In this document: piece after piece, positions 36,438-48,112 of the stretch
Layout: each line of letters starts with the position of its first letter
Numbering within the stretch: position 1 is the first letter of the stretch
From: Mobula birostris
Taxonomy: Eukaryota
Direction of reading: 5' to 3'
DNA: 64,000 nt
Assembly: GCF_030028105.1 (NCBI RefSeq)
Contig: NC_092373.1
Span: 84,569,288 to 84,633,287, forward strand
The notes under the pieces: model-generated
The model's database searches: none
What the model was told of the DNA's origin: nothing
Seen by the model: the letters and a program-made list of their open reading frames with translations, nothing else
Program-made: the position numbers and the translations under genes

Positions 36438-37040
36438 AATTCCTCTGTGGTTCTTTTATATTTTACCTACATTAAGGGATAATTCACAATAGTTAATTAA
36501 CCTATCACAATGTCTGGGAAGAATGAGGATACTAGAACACTCAGAGGGAACCCAGTGCAAACTCCACATAGATTTCACTTTAATTCTTTTTCATCTATAT
36601 TACTCTTTTTTTAAATAGTAGTGTAATGTTTTCTACCCTGCAATCTGCAGGGAGCATTTAGGATCTGTGGAATTTTGAAAGATGATCAAATCGTCTGCTA
36701 TCATCAGTCACTTCTTCCAAAATTCTGCAATGTAGATCCAGTCCTTAGGATTTATCATTTTGTGGACAGTATTTCTATTATTTCCCTGGACGTACCTTCT
36801 CTATTTTGCATAGCCATTAGCCAGAAGAGTCCCAGGAATCAGTGGGGAGTCAGTCTTTGTATATTCATGGGCCTTTCCTTCTGTCTTCTTGGTAATCTCT
36901 TCTCATTTAAAGGTTCAGAATACAGTGCTTATTTTGGAAGTCATTGTGAATGAGATGACTTGCCTAATATATCCAATTGTGTAACTGCAAAGTTGTGAGA
37001 AAAAGACTGGACAAAAGTACTGGGGCAATTACACATTCTA

Positions 37041-37728
37041 AGGAGGAGGAGAAGATGGCGGCACGACAGCAGCGCGCGCGGCCACTTTGGTGGTGATGTC
37101 CATTATCCGTCAAGTAGGGGACCGTGCACAATTCTGATTTGATGGAGACAGACGTGAGAGTACAGAGGAACATCTGGAAAATTTCTGAAATGCCCGCTTC
37201 ACTGCCACTGCTACTGTGTGGTAACCAGAATCTCCGGAGCAGAAGGTCCCGAAATCCTCGGCTTTGCGTGTTTCAGCGGCCGGGGCGAGGTCGAAGGCGC
37301 TCGGCAGAGGATGGCGCTTGGGAGGCTGTATCGGAGAGACTGGTTGGAAGCTCGGAGTTTCTAGACAGATGGACTCAGTGTCAGCTGTGGTTGGCTGCTT
37401 CCAAGGTATCAGCAAGTTGACGGTGCCTGGAGATTTATGGCAGGGAGTTTCTCCCTTTTGCCGCCTGCTATCGGGGACTCGGGAGTCGATCGACTCGGGG
37501 ACTTTTGAGAGTTTATTTACCGTGCCCATGGTTTGTTCTTCATCAAATTATGGTATTGCTTTGCACTGCTGTAACTATATGTTATAATTATGTGGTTCTG
37601 TCAGTGTTAGTCTTTGGTTTGTCCTGTTTTCTGTGATATCACTCTGGAGAAACATTGTATCATTTCTTAATGCATGTATGCATTTCTAAATGACAATAAA
37701 GGAGGACTGAGTGTTCTCATAATCTAAT
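37041..37728 (+). mobile_element. CpG-rich non-coding retroelement, copy 1 (head gagaagatggcggc, tail (aatct)n)
   Basis: Head and tail are homologous to 39615-40253. Confidence 0.7.
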
Positions 37729-37835
37729 TTGATATTGGTTTGTTCTGAGGCAGACTGTTATAGATGCCTTAGTATAGTGGTTTGCATGCCATCATGGTGA
37801 TGTGTTTCTATTGGCATCCAAACATGAAGACTTTT

Positions 37836-38035
37836 GGTTGGGTTGAGTTGTTTTCCGATCTTGCCAATCCATTTGCAAATGTTTCATTGCTATATGAGGA
37901 GACATCACAATTGAACAGCACACTGAAGATGTCTCTTCATATGGCAACAAAAAATTTGCAAACAGATTGCCAAGATCAGAGATCAATTCAACCCAACCAT
38001 CAACCACCCAAGCTACGCATTTTCTTAGTTGTTTC
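37836..38035. mobile_element. Inverted-repeat element with decayed hammerhead core (second Penelope-type terminus), 13-bp TSD
   Basis: Inverted arms of about 75 bp; CATGAAGACTTTT at 37823-37835 and 38036-38048; CTGAAGA at 37923-37929. Confidence 0.6.
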
Positions 38036-38419
38036 CATGAAGACTTTTTTCAACCTCTTGAATCTACATGGCCTCTTAGTTGAGCAATTTAGTCATCTCG
38101 TTTGCTAGCTATTTCTCATGTGTCTGTTGACCTTCTGTTTGGAAACATTGGTCAATTCTGTTCAAATAGCCCTACAGTTAATGAGTTCTGAATTGTAGCT
38201 ACTCTCTTTTAAATAAGTTTTTTCTCCTTTTAGACCTCTTGCATTTTTGTTCAAAATTTTGAATTTGTTTTTGCTGGTCATTGAATTGCTGTCAGTGTAG
38301 ACCTTGCTGATCTTTGACGTATATAAAGGCCGGCAGCACTGTTGATTGATAGATTAACCTTTGATTAACTTTTGATTAATCACTGTTGATTAATCTTTTT
38401 TTGGTTAAAAGGCAGAAAG

Positions 38420-39000
38420 CAAAGCTCAAAGTGAATTTTAATATCAAAGTACATGTATGTCTCCATATACAACTCTGAGCTTCATTTTCTTGTGGGCATA
38501 CTCAACAAATCTATAGTGTAGTAACTATAACAGAATCAATGAAATACTACCCAACTAGGGTGTTCAACCAGAGTGCAGAAGACAACGAACTATGCAAATA
38601 TAAATAAATACCAGTAACTAATGAGAACACCAGACAGAGAGTCCTTGAATGTGAGTCCTTTGGTTGTGGAACATTTCAGTGTGGAGCAAGTGAAGTTATC
38701 CCCTTTTGTTCAGGAGTCTGATGATTGAGGCTGGTGGTGTGAGTCCTGAGGCTCCTGTACCTTCTTCCTGATGGCAACAGTGAGAAGAGAGCATGACCTG
38801 GGTGGGAATCCCTGATGATGGATGCTGCTTTCCTATGACAGCATTTCAGGTAGATGTGCTCAGTGGTTAGGAAGGCTTACCCATGATGGTCTGGACCAAA
38901 TCCACTACCTTTTATAGGATTTTCCATTCAAGGGCATTGGTGTTTTCATACCGGGCTGTGATACAGCCAGTCAATGTACTGTCCAATACATGTCTAAGGT
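38420..39000 (-). mobile_element. Rex1-like LINE 3' fragment
   Basis: cttcctgatggcaacagtgagaagagagcatg core shared with the 7.7 kb and 55.9 kb copies. Confidence 0.75.
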
Positions 39001-39139
39001 TCTGAGAATTCCTATATTGGTGTTCCCTAAGGGCCAGTGCTTTTTTGAAATTTATTATTTCCCTGGATTTGGGTATGCAGGTTTAAGGTTACTGATTTGT
39101 AGATTAGATTAGATTTGTAGATGTATTGAGCACTGTTTG

Positions 39140-39614
39140 GTTTTGCTAGGCTACTGCTGTGCATGTAACTGCAAGAAAGTGCAGAGAGTTGTGGGCTCAT
39201 CTTAGCACATCATGGAAACCATTCTTTCCTCTAAAGACTCTTTCTTGCTACCTTGGTAAAGTAGCCAACGTAATCAAAAACCACACCACCCCAGATATTC
39301 TCTGTTCTCTCTTATTCCATTGCACAGAAGATATTAAAGCCCGAAAGCACCTACCACTAGGCTCAAGGACAACTTCTACCTGAAAGTTATAGGGGTACTG
39401 AATTGTTCCTTAATACAAGATGGGACTCTTGACTCAACAATCCACCTTATGATCTTGCAGCTTATTGGTCAACTTGCACTGAACTTTCTCTGTAGTTATT
39501 GCACTTTATTCTACAGTTTGTATTCATTTACCACAATGCACTGTAATGATATGATTTGTATGAACAGTATGCAATACAAGCTTTTCGATGTATCTTGGTG
39601 CATGTGACTATAAT
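39140..39614 (+). mobile_element. Old Rex1-like 3' fragment
   Basis: Degenerate LQRVV..A..I / RxKDxFYP region and tail tgtatcttggtgcatgtgac. Confidence 0.6.
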
Positions 39615-40253
39615 GAGGGAGGAGAAGATGGCAGTGTGACGCAGCGTGCGCAGCTCTCTGGTGAAATGATATCGTATCTGCTAAATAGGGGTCGTGGACA
39701 ATTCTGATTTGATGAAGACAGACGTGAGAAGCAGAGGAACATCTGGAGAAATTTCTGAAATGCCTTGTTTCGCTGCCGTTGTTACTGTGCGATCGAGAAT
39801 CTCCGGAGAGAAGGCCCCAAAATTCCCGGCTGTCTGCTGCTGGCGACCGAGGCTGAGGCCGAAACGTTCGGATAGAGATGATGCTCGGTACTCGGTGTCG
39901 GAGGGCTGATCAGAGCTCAAAGTTTTCGGACGACTCAGAGTTGGACTGTGTTTGGGCATGGCAGAGTTTTCTTCCTTCTCCCGTCTGTATGAGATGTGTG
40001 TCTGTGTGTCTGAGAAACTTTGAACTTTTTTACTGTGCCATGGACTGTTCTTCATCAGGTTATGGTATTGTTTCACTGTTGTAACAATATGTTATAATTA
40101 TGTGGTTTTTGTCAGTTTTTCAGTCTTGATCTGTCCTGTGTTTCTGTAATAACACACCGGAGGAATATTGTACCATTTCTTAATGCATGCATTACTAAAT
40201 GACAAGAAAAGAGGACTGCGTGTCCTCATAATCTAATCTAATAATCTAATCTA
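39615..40253 (+). mobile_element. CpG-rich non-coding retroelement, copy 2
   Basis: Shares acaattctgatttgatg.agacagacgtgaga.cagaggaacatctgg and the tail with 37041-37728. Confidence 0.7.
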
Positions 40254-40558
40254 AACCAATTGAAATTACAATTTGTAGTACCATCACTTTCAAAGATTAT
40301 GCACACATGCACGGACCCCCCCCCCCCCCACCCGGTCTGTAGATTCTGTAGAGATTTGCAAGTCTATTATCTTTTCCTCTTGACTAGTTTCACGTACATG
40401 AATCTTTGTCTTCCACATGGTGGGTTGCCCAGTAGATTATATAATTTCATGGAGGTTGTAAACATTACACCAAATAGGAGTGAAGACTTACTTAATTGTG
40501 AGTAATGCTATATTCAAGACTCTATTTTCAGGCAGAAACTGAGCACTAGTTTATGTAG

Positions 40559-40699
40559 TTCACAGGGACCACATTTGGTGTGGCAGCCATTTGGCAGTAT
40601 GAAACACTCAAATCCAGAGTTCAAAGTTACTTCAATGACCTGCGATTGGATTGGTTAGAAAAACATCAACCACCTAAAGCCGGAGACATCAGGAAGCAG
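40559..40699 (+). CDS. parl: PARL exon 3
   Basis: 141 nt, tag|...|gtaaat. Encodes FTGTTFGVAAIWQYETLKSRVQSYFNDLRLDWLEKHQPPKAGDIRKQ (human FTGCAFGSAAIWQYESLKSRVQSYF). Confidence 0.95.
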
Positions 40700-40798
40700 G
40701 TAAATGATTCTTGAAATGTTTACTGCATGCAGTTTTATTTTGTTTTCAGTTTGTTTCAAATTATTAGATAATAATTAATGTTATTTATTTCCTGGATA

Positions 40799-42376
40799 CA
40801 GTTCCTATAAAATGTAGCCTCCCCCCACACCCTTTGGAAGTTTTCATGTTTTATTTTATAACATTGAATCCCAATGGATTTAATTTGGCTTTTTTGACAC
40901 TGATCAACAGAAAACAGGTCTGTACAAAATGATCTAAATTAATTACAGATATAAAACACAATAATTGATTGCATAAGTATTCACCCCCTTCAAGTCAGTA
41001 TTTAGCAGATGTGCCTTTGGCAGCGATTACAGCCTTGAGTCTGTGTGGATCGGTCTCTAATCAGCTTTGCACATCTGGGCACTGCAATTTTTCTCCATTC
41101 TTTACAAAACTGCTCAAACTCTGGCAGATTGAATGGGGATCGTGAATGAATAGCCCTTTTCAAGTCCAGCCACAAATTCTCAATTAGATTGAGGTCTGGA
41201 CTCTGACTTGGCCACTCCAGAACATTAACTTTGTTTTTGAGCCATTCTTGTGTAGCTTTGGCTTTATGCATGAGGTCATTGTCTTGCTGGAGAAGAGATC
41301 TCCCGAGTTGTCGTTGTCTTGCAGACTGCATCAGGTTTTCCTGCAGGATTTTCCTCTATTTTGCTGTATTTATTTTACCCTCTACCTTCACAATCCTTCT
41401 AGGGTCCCCTGCAGTGAAGCATCCCCACAGCATAATGCAGCCACCACTATGCTTCACAGTAGGGATGGTGTGATTTTAATGTATGGTGTTTCGCTTATAC
41501 CAAAAATAGCATTTAGTCCAAAGGCCAAAAAGCTCAGTTTTGGTTTCATCAGACCATAGAACCTCTTCCAACTGACTTCAGATTCCCACGTGCCTTCTGG
41601 CAATCTAGTGGAGATTTCATGTGAGTTTTTTTAAACAGTGGTTTTCTCTGCCTCTCTCCTATAAAGCTGTGACTGGTGAAGCACCCAGACGACAGTTGTT
41701 GGATGTGTGGTCTCTCTCACCTCAACCAATGAAGCTTGTAACTCCTCCAGAGTTGTCATGGTCTCTTGGTGGGCTCCCTGACTAGTCCCCTTCTTACACA
41801 GTCACTCAGTTTTTGAGGACAGCCTGCTCTAGCAGATGTACAGCTGTGACATATTATTTCCATTTCTTGATGATTGACTTAACTATATTTCAAGGGATAT
41901 TCATTGACTTTGAAGATTTTCTTATATCCATCTCCTGACTTGTGCTTTTTGCAGAGTTGCTTGGAGTGTTCATTTGTGTTCATGGTGTAGTTTTTGCCAG
42001 GGTACTGACTCACCAGCAGTTGAACCTTCCAGATACAGGTTTACCTTTACTACAGTCAATTGAAACGTCTTGACTGCACACAGGTGATCGCTATTTAACT
42101 AATTATGTGACTTTTAAAACCAGTTGGCTGCACCAGTGATGATTTGGTGTGTCATATTAAAGGGGGTGAATACTTATGCAATCAATTATTCTTTTATATT
42201 TGTAATTCATTTAGATCACTTTGTAAAGATCTGTTTTTACTTTGACATGAGTCTTTTTCTGTCGATCAGTGTCAAAAAGTCAAATTAAATCCACTGCGGT
42301 TCAGTGTTGTAAAACAATAAAACATGGAAACTTCTGGTGGGGGGGGGGGGGTGGTTAATACTTTTTATAGGCACTG
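40799..42376 (-). mobile_element. Full-length but decayed Tc1 DNA transposon with long IR/DR-type TIRs
   Basis: TA|CAGTTCCTATAAAA ... TTTTATAGGCACTG|TA; inner repeats gattgcataagtattcaccccctt and its reverse complement; transposase QQDNDxxH, WPSQSPDLNLIENLW and VKHGGGCIMLWGCF motifs. Confidence 0.93.
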
Positions 42377-43326
42377 TATGACTGTATGTTCAAAGAGTTG
42401 GGGAGCTTCACATAGTTCTATTAATGTCTTAAGTCTATGTATTTTAATAAGCTTGCCTGGGATATCTGTGAGCACATGAAGGCTTACTTTATTAACTAGA
42501 TCTTGAATAACATACCAGTCCTGGAATGGTTGGAATGGTTCCTGATGACTTACTTTAAGGAAGGAAATCTAATATTCCTCTGCAATCTGCTCATTATGCA
42601 ACTCCAGACTTGTACCTCCATGGTGCCATGTACATGCACTGTCAAACTGCCAGAAAAGCCACTTGGTTTATGAATTGTTAGAGGTGAGGCTCTAGTAGCA
42701 ATGTTCATGTCCCATGAATTTAAACAAAAATGGTAACAACTTTTTTTTTGTAATCCCTAATGTTCTAAGGCACTTCTTTAGCAAAATTATCAAGCAAATC
42801 TGATGATAGGCCATGTAAAGAGATTTTGGGGCAAATTGAAGTCAAATCTTAGAAGCATCTTAAACCAAGAAAAGGTTATGGATAGATTTACGGAAGAAAT
42901 GCTACAAGTTGGGTCCTTACTATTGATGGAACAGTCATCCATAGTGAACACTACAGCAGGAAAAAGCCTTCTGTCTCCCCAAGTTTGTTCTTCCATTTAA
43001 CCACCTCAATTCCATGTTCCTGCCCCAGTATCATTTTCCTTTGATTACCTAGATGCTAAAGCATTGTCAATCTCAACCTTGACTGAACTCAATGACAAAA
43101 CATCTGCAGCTTTGAGAGTTAGACAGAGGTGCACAACTCACTATGTAACCTCAGTGATAAATGTCCAGCCTGTTTTCCTGAGATTGGCTTAAGAGTCTAA
43201 AACTACAGGGCACAAAGGGTGTAACGTATTAGTGTTATATCTGTCGTCCTTCAGACTCCTCTGTTTTAAACTCCAGAGTTTTTCTATTTCAGTTGGCATG
43301 TGTTTTTCCAAATTGACTGCCTATAC

Positions 43327-44521
43327 CAGGGGTCCCCAACCTTTCTCGCACTGTGGACTGGTTTCATATTGACAATATTCTTGCAGACCGGCCGAGCGGG
43401 GAGGTGTTGCCAACGGACAAGAGTAGCAGTTAAATACGCTGGGTTTACCCCAAGAAAGACTACAATGACCATGAAGCCTTGCACAGGCACCAACGCGCAT
43501 GCGTAACTTGCGCATGCGTGTACAACTTTTTTCCACAAATCATTTTTGGCGATTCTTTTCGGACGGTGGGGGGGGGTGGGTGTTAATCACGACCGGAATA
43601 CAGATGATAACTAGCTAATGCATTCAATTTCGTTTCTAAAAGGGTTTATTTAACGAATTTAATATTAAACACACAGCGCATATTTTCCTCGCATGAGTAT
43701 AGTGATAAGTCAATTATCAGGGGAGCTTGAAGTAAATGTTGAACGAACTTCCAGTAGAAGTGGTAGAAGCAGGTTCGATATTATCATTTAACGAAAAATT
43801 GGATAGGTACATGGACGGGAAAGGAATGGAGGGTTATGGGCTGAGTGCAGGTCGGTGGGACTAGGTGAGAGTAGCGTTAAGCATGGACTAGAAGGGCAGA
43901 GATGGCCTGTTTCCATGCTGTAATTGTTATATAGTTATATAAGTCAATGGCATCATAACATTTTAAGTATCGTTTGGATATTAAACACGCAGCACATATT
44001 TTCCCCGTATGAACATATAAAATCATTGCAACACACCAATATCGCTGAAACAGTCGGAGCCCTGGGCTTGTTTTCCTGCAACAAGACGGTCCTATCGAGG
44101 GGTGATGGGAGACAGCGAGACTCGAAGGGGGTTCCTTATGTCCAGTCTATTCTGCAATTTAGTTTTCATTGCATTCATTGCAGAGATACGTTGGAAATGG
44201 AAGCAACGTTTTCAGTGCTTCCGTGGCTATCTCAGGATATTCAGCCTTGACTTTGATCCGGAATGCCGACAGAGATGTTATGTCAAACATACTTTTCAGC
44301 CCACTGTCATTTGCAAGCCCGAGGAGTTGATCTTCCCGCGCTGAAATGGATGACATGCGTGTAATGACCTCGCATGCGTAATGGCTCAACAGTGGGCGTG
44401 ACAGGGAATGAGGAAAGGTGCAGCTGACTCCTATCGCCAAATCACATCGTTTCCTTGCGGCCCGGTAGCGCATGCTTTGCGGCCCAGTACCGGTCCGTGG
44501 CCCAGTGATTGGGGACCACTG
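43327..44521 (-). mobile_element. Non-autonomous hAT (Charlie/Buster-type) element containing a CR1 tail
   Basis: TIRs CAGGGGTCCCCAA / TTGGGGACCACTG; 8-bp TSD GCCTATAC at 43319-43326 and 44522-44529; hAT dimerisation remnant EYPEIATEALKTLLPFPTYLC; CR1 3' end 43715-43938 flanked by ATAAGTCAAT. Confidence 0.9.
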
Positions 44522-45975
44522 GCCTATACTAATTCAATGAACCTGCATATAGACTTTAAGCTTTATATGCAAAATTTTCTGAACAATTATTAGTTTTTCA
44601 GTTGAGAAAAATCTTCATTTAACTATATTTCATACCAAAGTGAGTAACTTGCCATTTTCTTACATTACTACTCCATTGGCACCTTCTTGTCCAATGGTAC
44701 CTAATTAGCCCCAGCTTTATATGGTCAGCAAACTTTGATATAGTATGTTTAAGCTCATTTAAATCGTTAATATTGTTTCTAAATAACGGATATCAAAACA
44801 CTGATCCTTGCGGTATGCCACTAATTACAGTCGACACATTTGAAAATGTTCCCATAATTATACATTGTTTTTTTCTGGTCATCAGTGCGTAATAAAATGC
44901 TGCTCCGAACCCCACAAGCTCCTGTCTCATTTATCAACTTTGGTCAAATGTTTTTATGAAAATCCAAAATCACAGAAGTACGGCTTAGAAACAGGCCCTT
45001 TGGTTCAACTGGCCCACAGCAACCAGGGTGCCCAGCTAAGCTGGTCCCATTTGCCTGCATTTTACCGGCATCCCTCTTTAAACCTTTCCTATTCATGCAC
45101 TTATCCAAATGTCTTTTAAATTACACCTAACTATGTTCTCTGACAGCTTGTTCTATGTATGCACCAGTGTCTGTATGACAAAGTTGTCTCTTGGGTCCTT
45201 TTAAATCTTTCACCTCTCACCTTAAACCCATGTCCCCTAGTTTTAGTTCCCTTTCCTCAGGTTAAAGACTGTGTGTGTTCACACTATCTGTCTCCCTAAT
45301 AATTTTATACAAGAATCTTTTAAGGAATAAAGTTCTAGCTTGTCCATCCTGTCTCTATAGCTCAGGCACTCGTGTCTTGGCAACCTTCTGATAAACTCTC
45401 GTAAATCTGAGCATACTACATTGTGTCATTCCAATCAGTCAGTTCACTTCCTGTCAAGCCTCTTCGTTTGCAAGTGTAGATGCTGGTATGAGGTGAGGGA
45501 TCAAGATTTTTTCTAATCTTAATAGTTCTCCAGCAAGTATTCTTTACTGGTTGATTATTTTAGACTCATTATTCTTATTAACCTGTTAATTCCCAGCTGG
45601 AATGCTTTTCTGCTATTTGCAATAAGACATACAAGATATGTGTAATATCTCAGCAATTTTGTTATTCTCATCACATTATTTCCTGTTTCAGTACACAACT
45701 ACCATTCATTGTGTGTTTACAACTTGCTGGTTTAGTTTCCAACTTGTCAATTTTCATATTCAGTTATTTACTTTTTATCACTGTTTTTGTCATCCATTAT
45801 TTTTAAATGACCCTGAATCCTTGGTTTTCCTGCTTGACACCACTGTGTAAGCATCCTTGAATCTATAATGTTACCCTTAACTTTTTAATAAGTCACCAAT
45901 AACAAACTTTTCCTGTGGAAAGTTTGTCTCAATGGAAAGCAACTTTAAGAATTTTCAAATACGACTTCAGACTTT

Positions 45976-46198
45976 TTAGAGGGATACAGCACAGTAACAA
46001 ACCTGTGCCGCCCCATTACACCCAAGTGACCAGTTAACCTACTAACCTGTACACCTTTGGAATGTGGGAGGACACCGGAGCATCTGGAGAAAACACATGC
46101 AGTCACGGTGGGGAGTACAAACTCCATGTGTCCAGCATCCAGAATTGAACCTGGGCTACTGATAGTGTTACACTAACCACAATGCCACTATACTGCCC
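45976..46198 (-). mobile_element. tRNA-derived SINE copy
   Basis: Homologous to 302-570. Confidence 0.75.
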
Positions 46199-47122
46199 GC
46201 TTTGTGTTGCATCTCTCATTTATTAATTAACTATTACCTTTTCATCTTGGCCATTATTTACTTCCTATGTATGTAAATGATTTAAAATTGAAAGACTTGT
46301 CAAGAGTATATGAGTATCATTATCAGTCAAAAGATGACTACTTTCATATTGCAATCTTTCACTATGAGAATGTTAATTAATCCTGAATTATTATACAAGA
46401 AGGGGTCTAAGATAGCTAACTCACAGGTTAGTGACTTGAAATGTTGAATGTGTTCTATACATGTCTACTAGTGTATTCTACTGGTCTGATTTGTCTAGGT
46501 GTGAAAATTAACCTGGTAGAACAGTACAGTACAGGGGCTGGCTCATTGGATTTAGACTAATCCCATCTGGCTGCATGTGCCCTATATTCCTCAGTTCCAT
46601 GCCTGTTCATGTGCCACTCTAAATACTACTTCTGCTTTCACCACTTCCCTGATAGCACATTCCAAGAACCTACCAAGTGTTATCTCTTTCAAACTGCCCA
46701 CCCATCTTAAAACTATGACTTCTAGTGTTTAACATTTCTACCGTGTGAAATAATACTGACAGTCTACTCTGTCTATGCTTCTGTCAGGCCAGTCCTCATC
46801 TTCCATTGCTTTAGAGAAAGCATTTGAAACTTTTCCAACCTCGCCTGAAAGCTAATATCCTTTGACAAAGACATGCATGTACTACATTTACTATAGTACT
46901 ATTATTATTTTTTTGGTTGATGCCTACTCCTTTGTAGGAAAGATGTAAACAGTGGCCACCACTGTTATCTGTCTTGTTTTTCACCCCTTCCTAACCTGAT
47001 TCTTTATGAACCTCCACAACTTAAATCGCAACTGACTACTGTCATTTTATCATCCTTTAATTTCAGCTCTTTTCTTCATCTCACCCTATCCATTTTCTCT
47101 GCCTTTTCAAAATGTCTTGAAC

Positions 47123-47787
47123 CTTTTACTTTACTTTATTGTCGCCAAACAATTGATACTAGAGCGTACAATCATTTGATTCTGTGCTTCGCGCTCCCTG
47201 GAGTACAAATCGATAGTAAATAGTAAAAATTTAAATTATAAATCATAAATAGAAAATAGAGAAGGGAAAGTAAGGTAGTGCAAAAAAAACCGAGAGGCAG
47301 ATCCGGATATTTGGAGGGTACAGCCCAGATCCGGGTCAGGATCCGTTCAGCAGTCTTATCACAGTTAGAAAGAAGTTGTTCCCAAATCTGGCCGTACGAG
47401 TCTTCAAGCTCCTGAGCCTTCTCCCGGAGGGAAGAGGGACAAAAAGTGTGTTGGCTGGATGGGTCGTGTCCTTGATTATCCTGGCAGCACTGCTTCGACA
47501 GCGTGCAGTGTAAAGTGAGTCCAAGGACGGAAGATTGATTTGTGTGATGTGCTGCGCCGTGTTCACAATCTTCTGCAGCTTCTTCTGGTCTTGGACAGGA
47601 CAACTTCCATACCAGGTTGTGATGCACCCTAGAAGAATGCTTTCTACAGTGCATCTATAAAAATTAGTGAGGGTTTTAGGGGACAGGGCAAATTTCTTTA
47701 GCTTTCTCAGGAAGTAAAGGTGCTGGTGGGCCTTCTTGGCAATGGACTGTGCTTGGTTGGACCAAGTCAGGTCATTTGTGATATTGG
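47123..47787 (-). mobile_element. Young Rex1-like LINE 3' part
   Basis: Open ORF 47336-47791 (KKAHQHLYFLRKLKK...ESILLGCITTWYG...PLPSGRRLRSL); (ttttac)n tail. Positions 1-35 of the window match the same family. Confidence 0.9.
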
Positions 47788-47829
47788 GCACAGTGTAAGC
47801 TCACTCGCAACCATGAAACTCCTTTTAAT

Positions 47830-48112
47830 TTATTGAGAGGACAGCATGGAATAAGCCAGCCCAACACTTTTAGCCATGTCGCCAAGCAATCCCCTGATTT
47901 GATCCTAGCCTAATCGCAGGACAATTTTACAATGACCAATTAACCTACCAACCGGTACGTCTTTGAGCTGTAGGAGGAAACCAGAGCACCCGGAGGAAAC
48001 TTGCTTGGTCACGGGGAGAATGTGCTAACTGCTTCCAGGCAGTGTCAGGAATTGGACCTGCGTTGCCTGTATTGTAAAATGACGTGCTAACCACTACACA
48101 ACTGCGCTGCCC
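47830..48112 (-). mobile_element. tRNA-derived SINE copy
   Basis: Homologous to 302-570 along its full length. Confidence 0.8.

Noticed and set aside
37110-37587. Overlapping ORFs of 98-139 aa (and their counterparts at 39681-40084)
   Set aside because: They lie in a GC-rich repeat, frames are not conserved throughout between the two copies, and no domain is recognisable.
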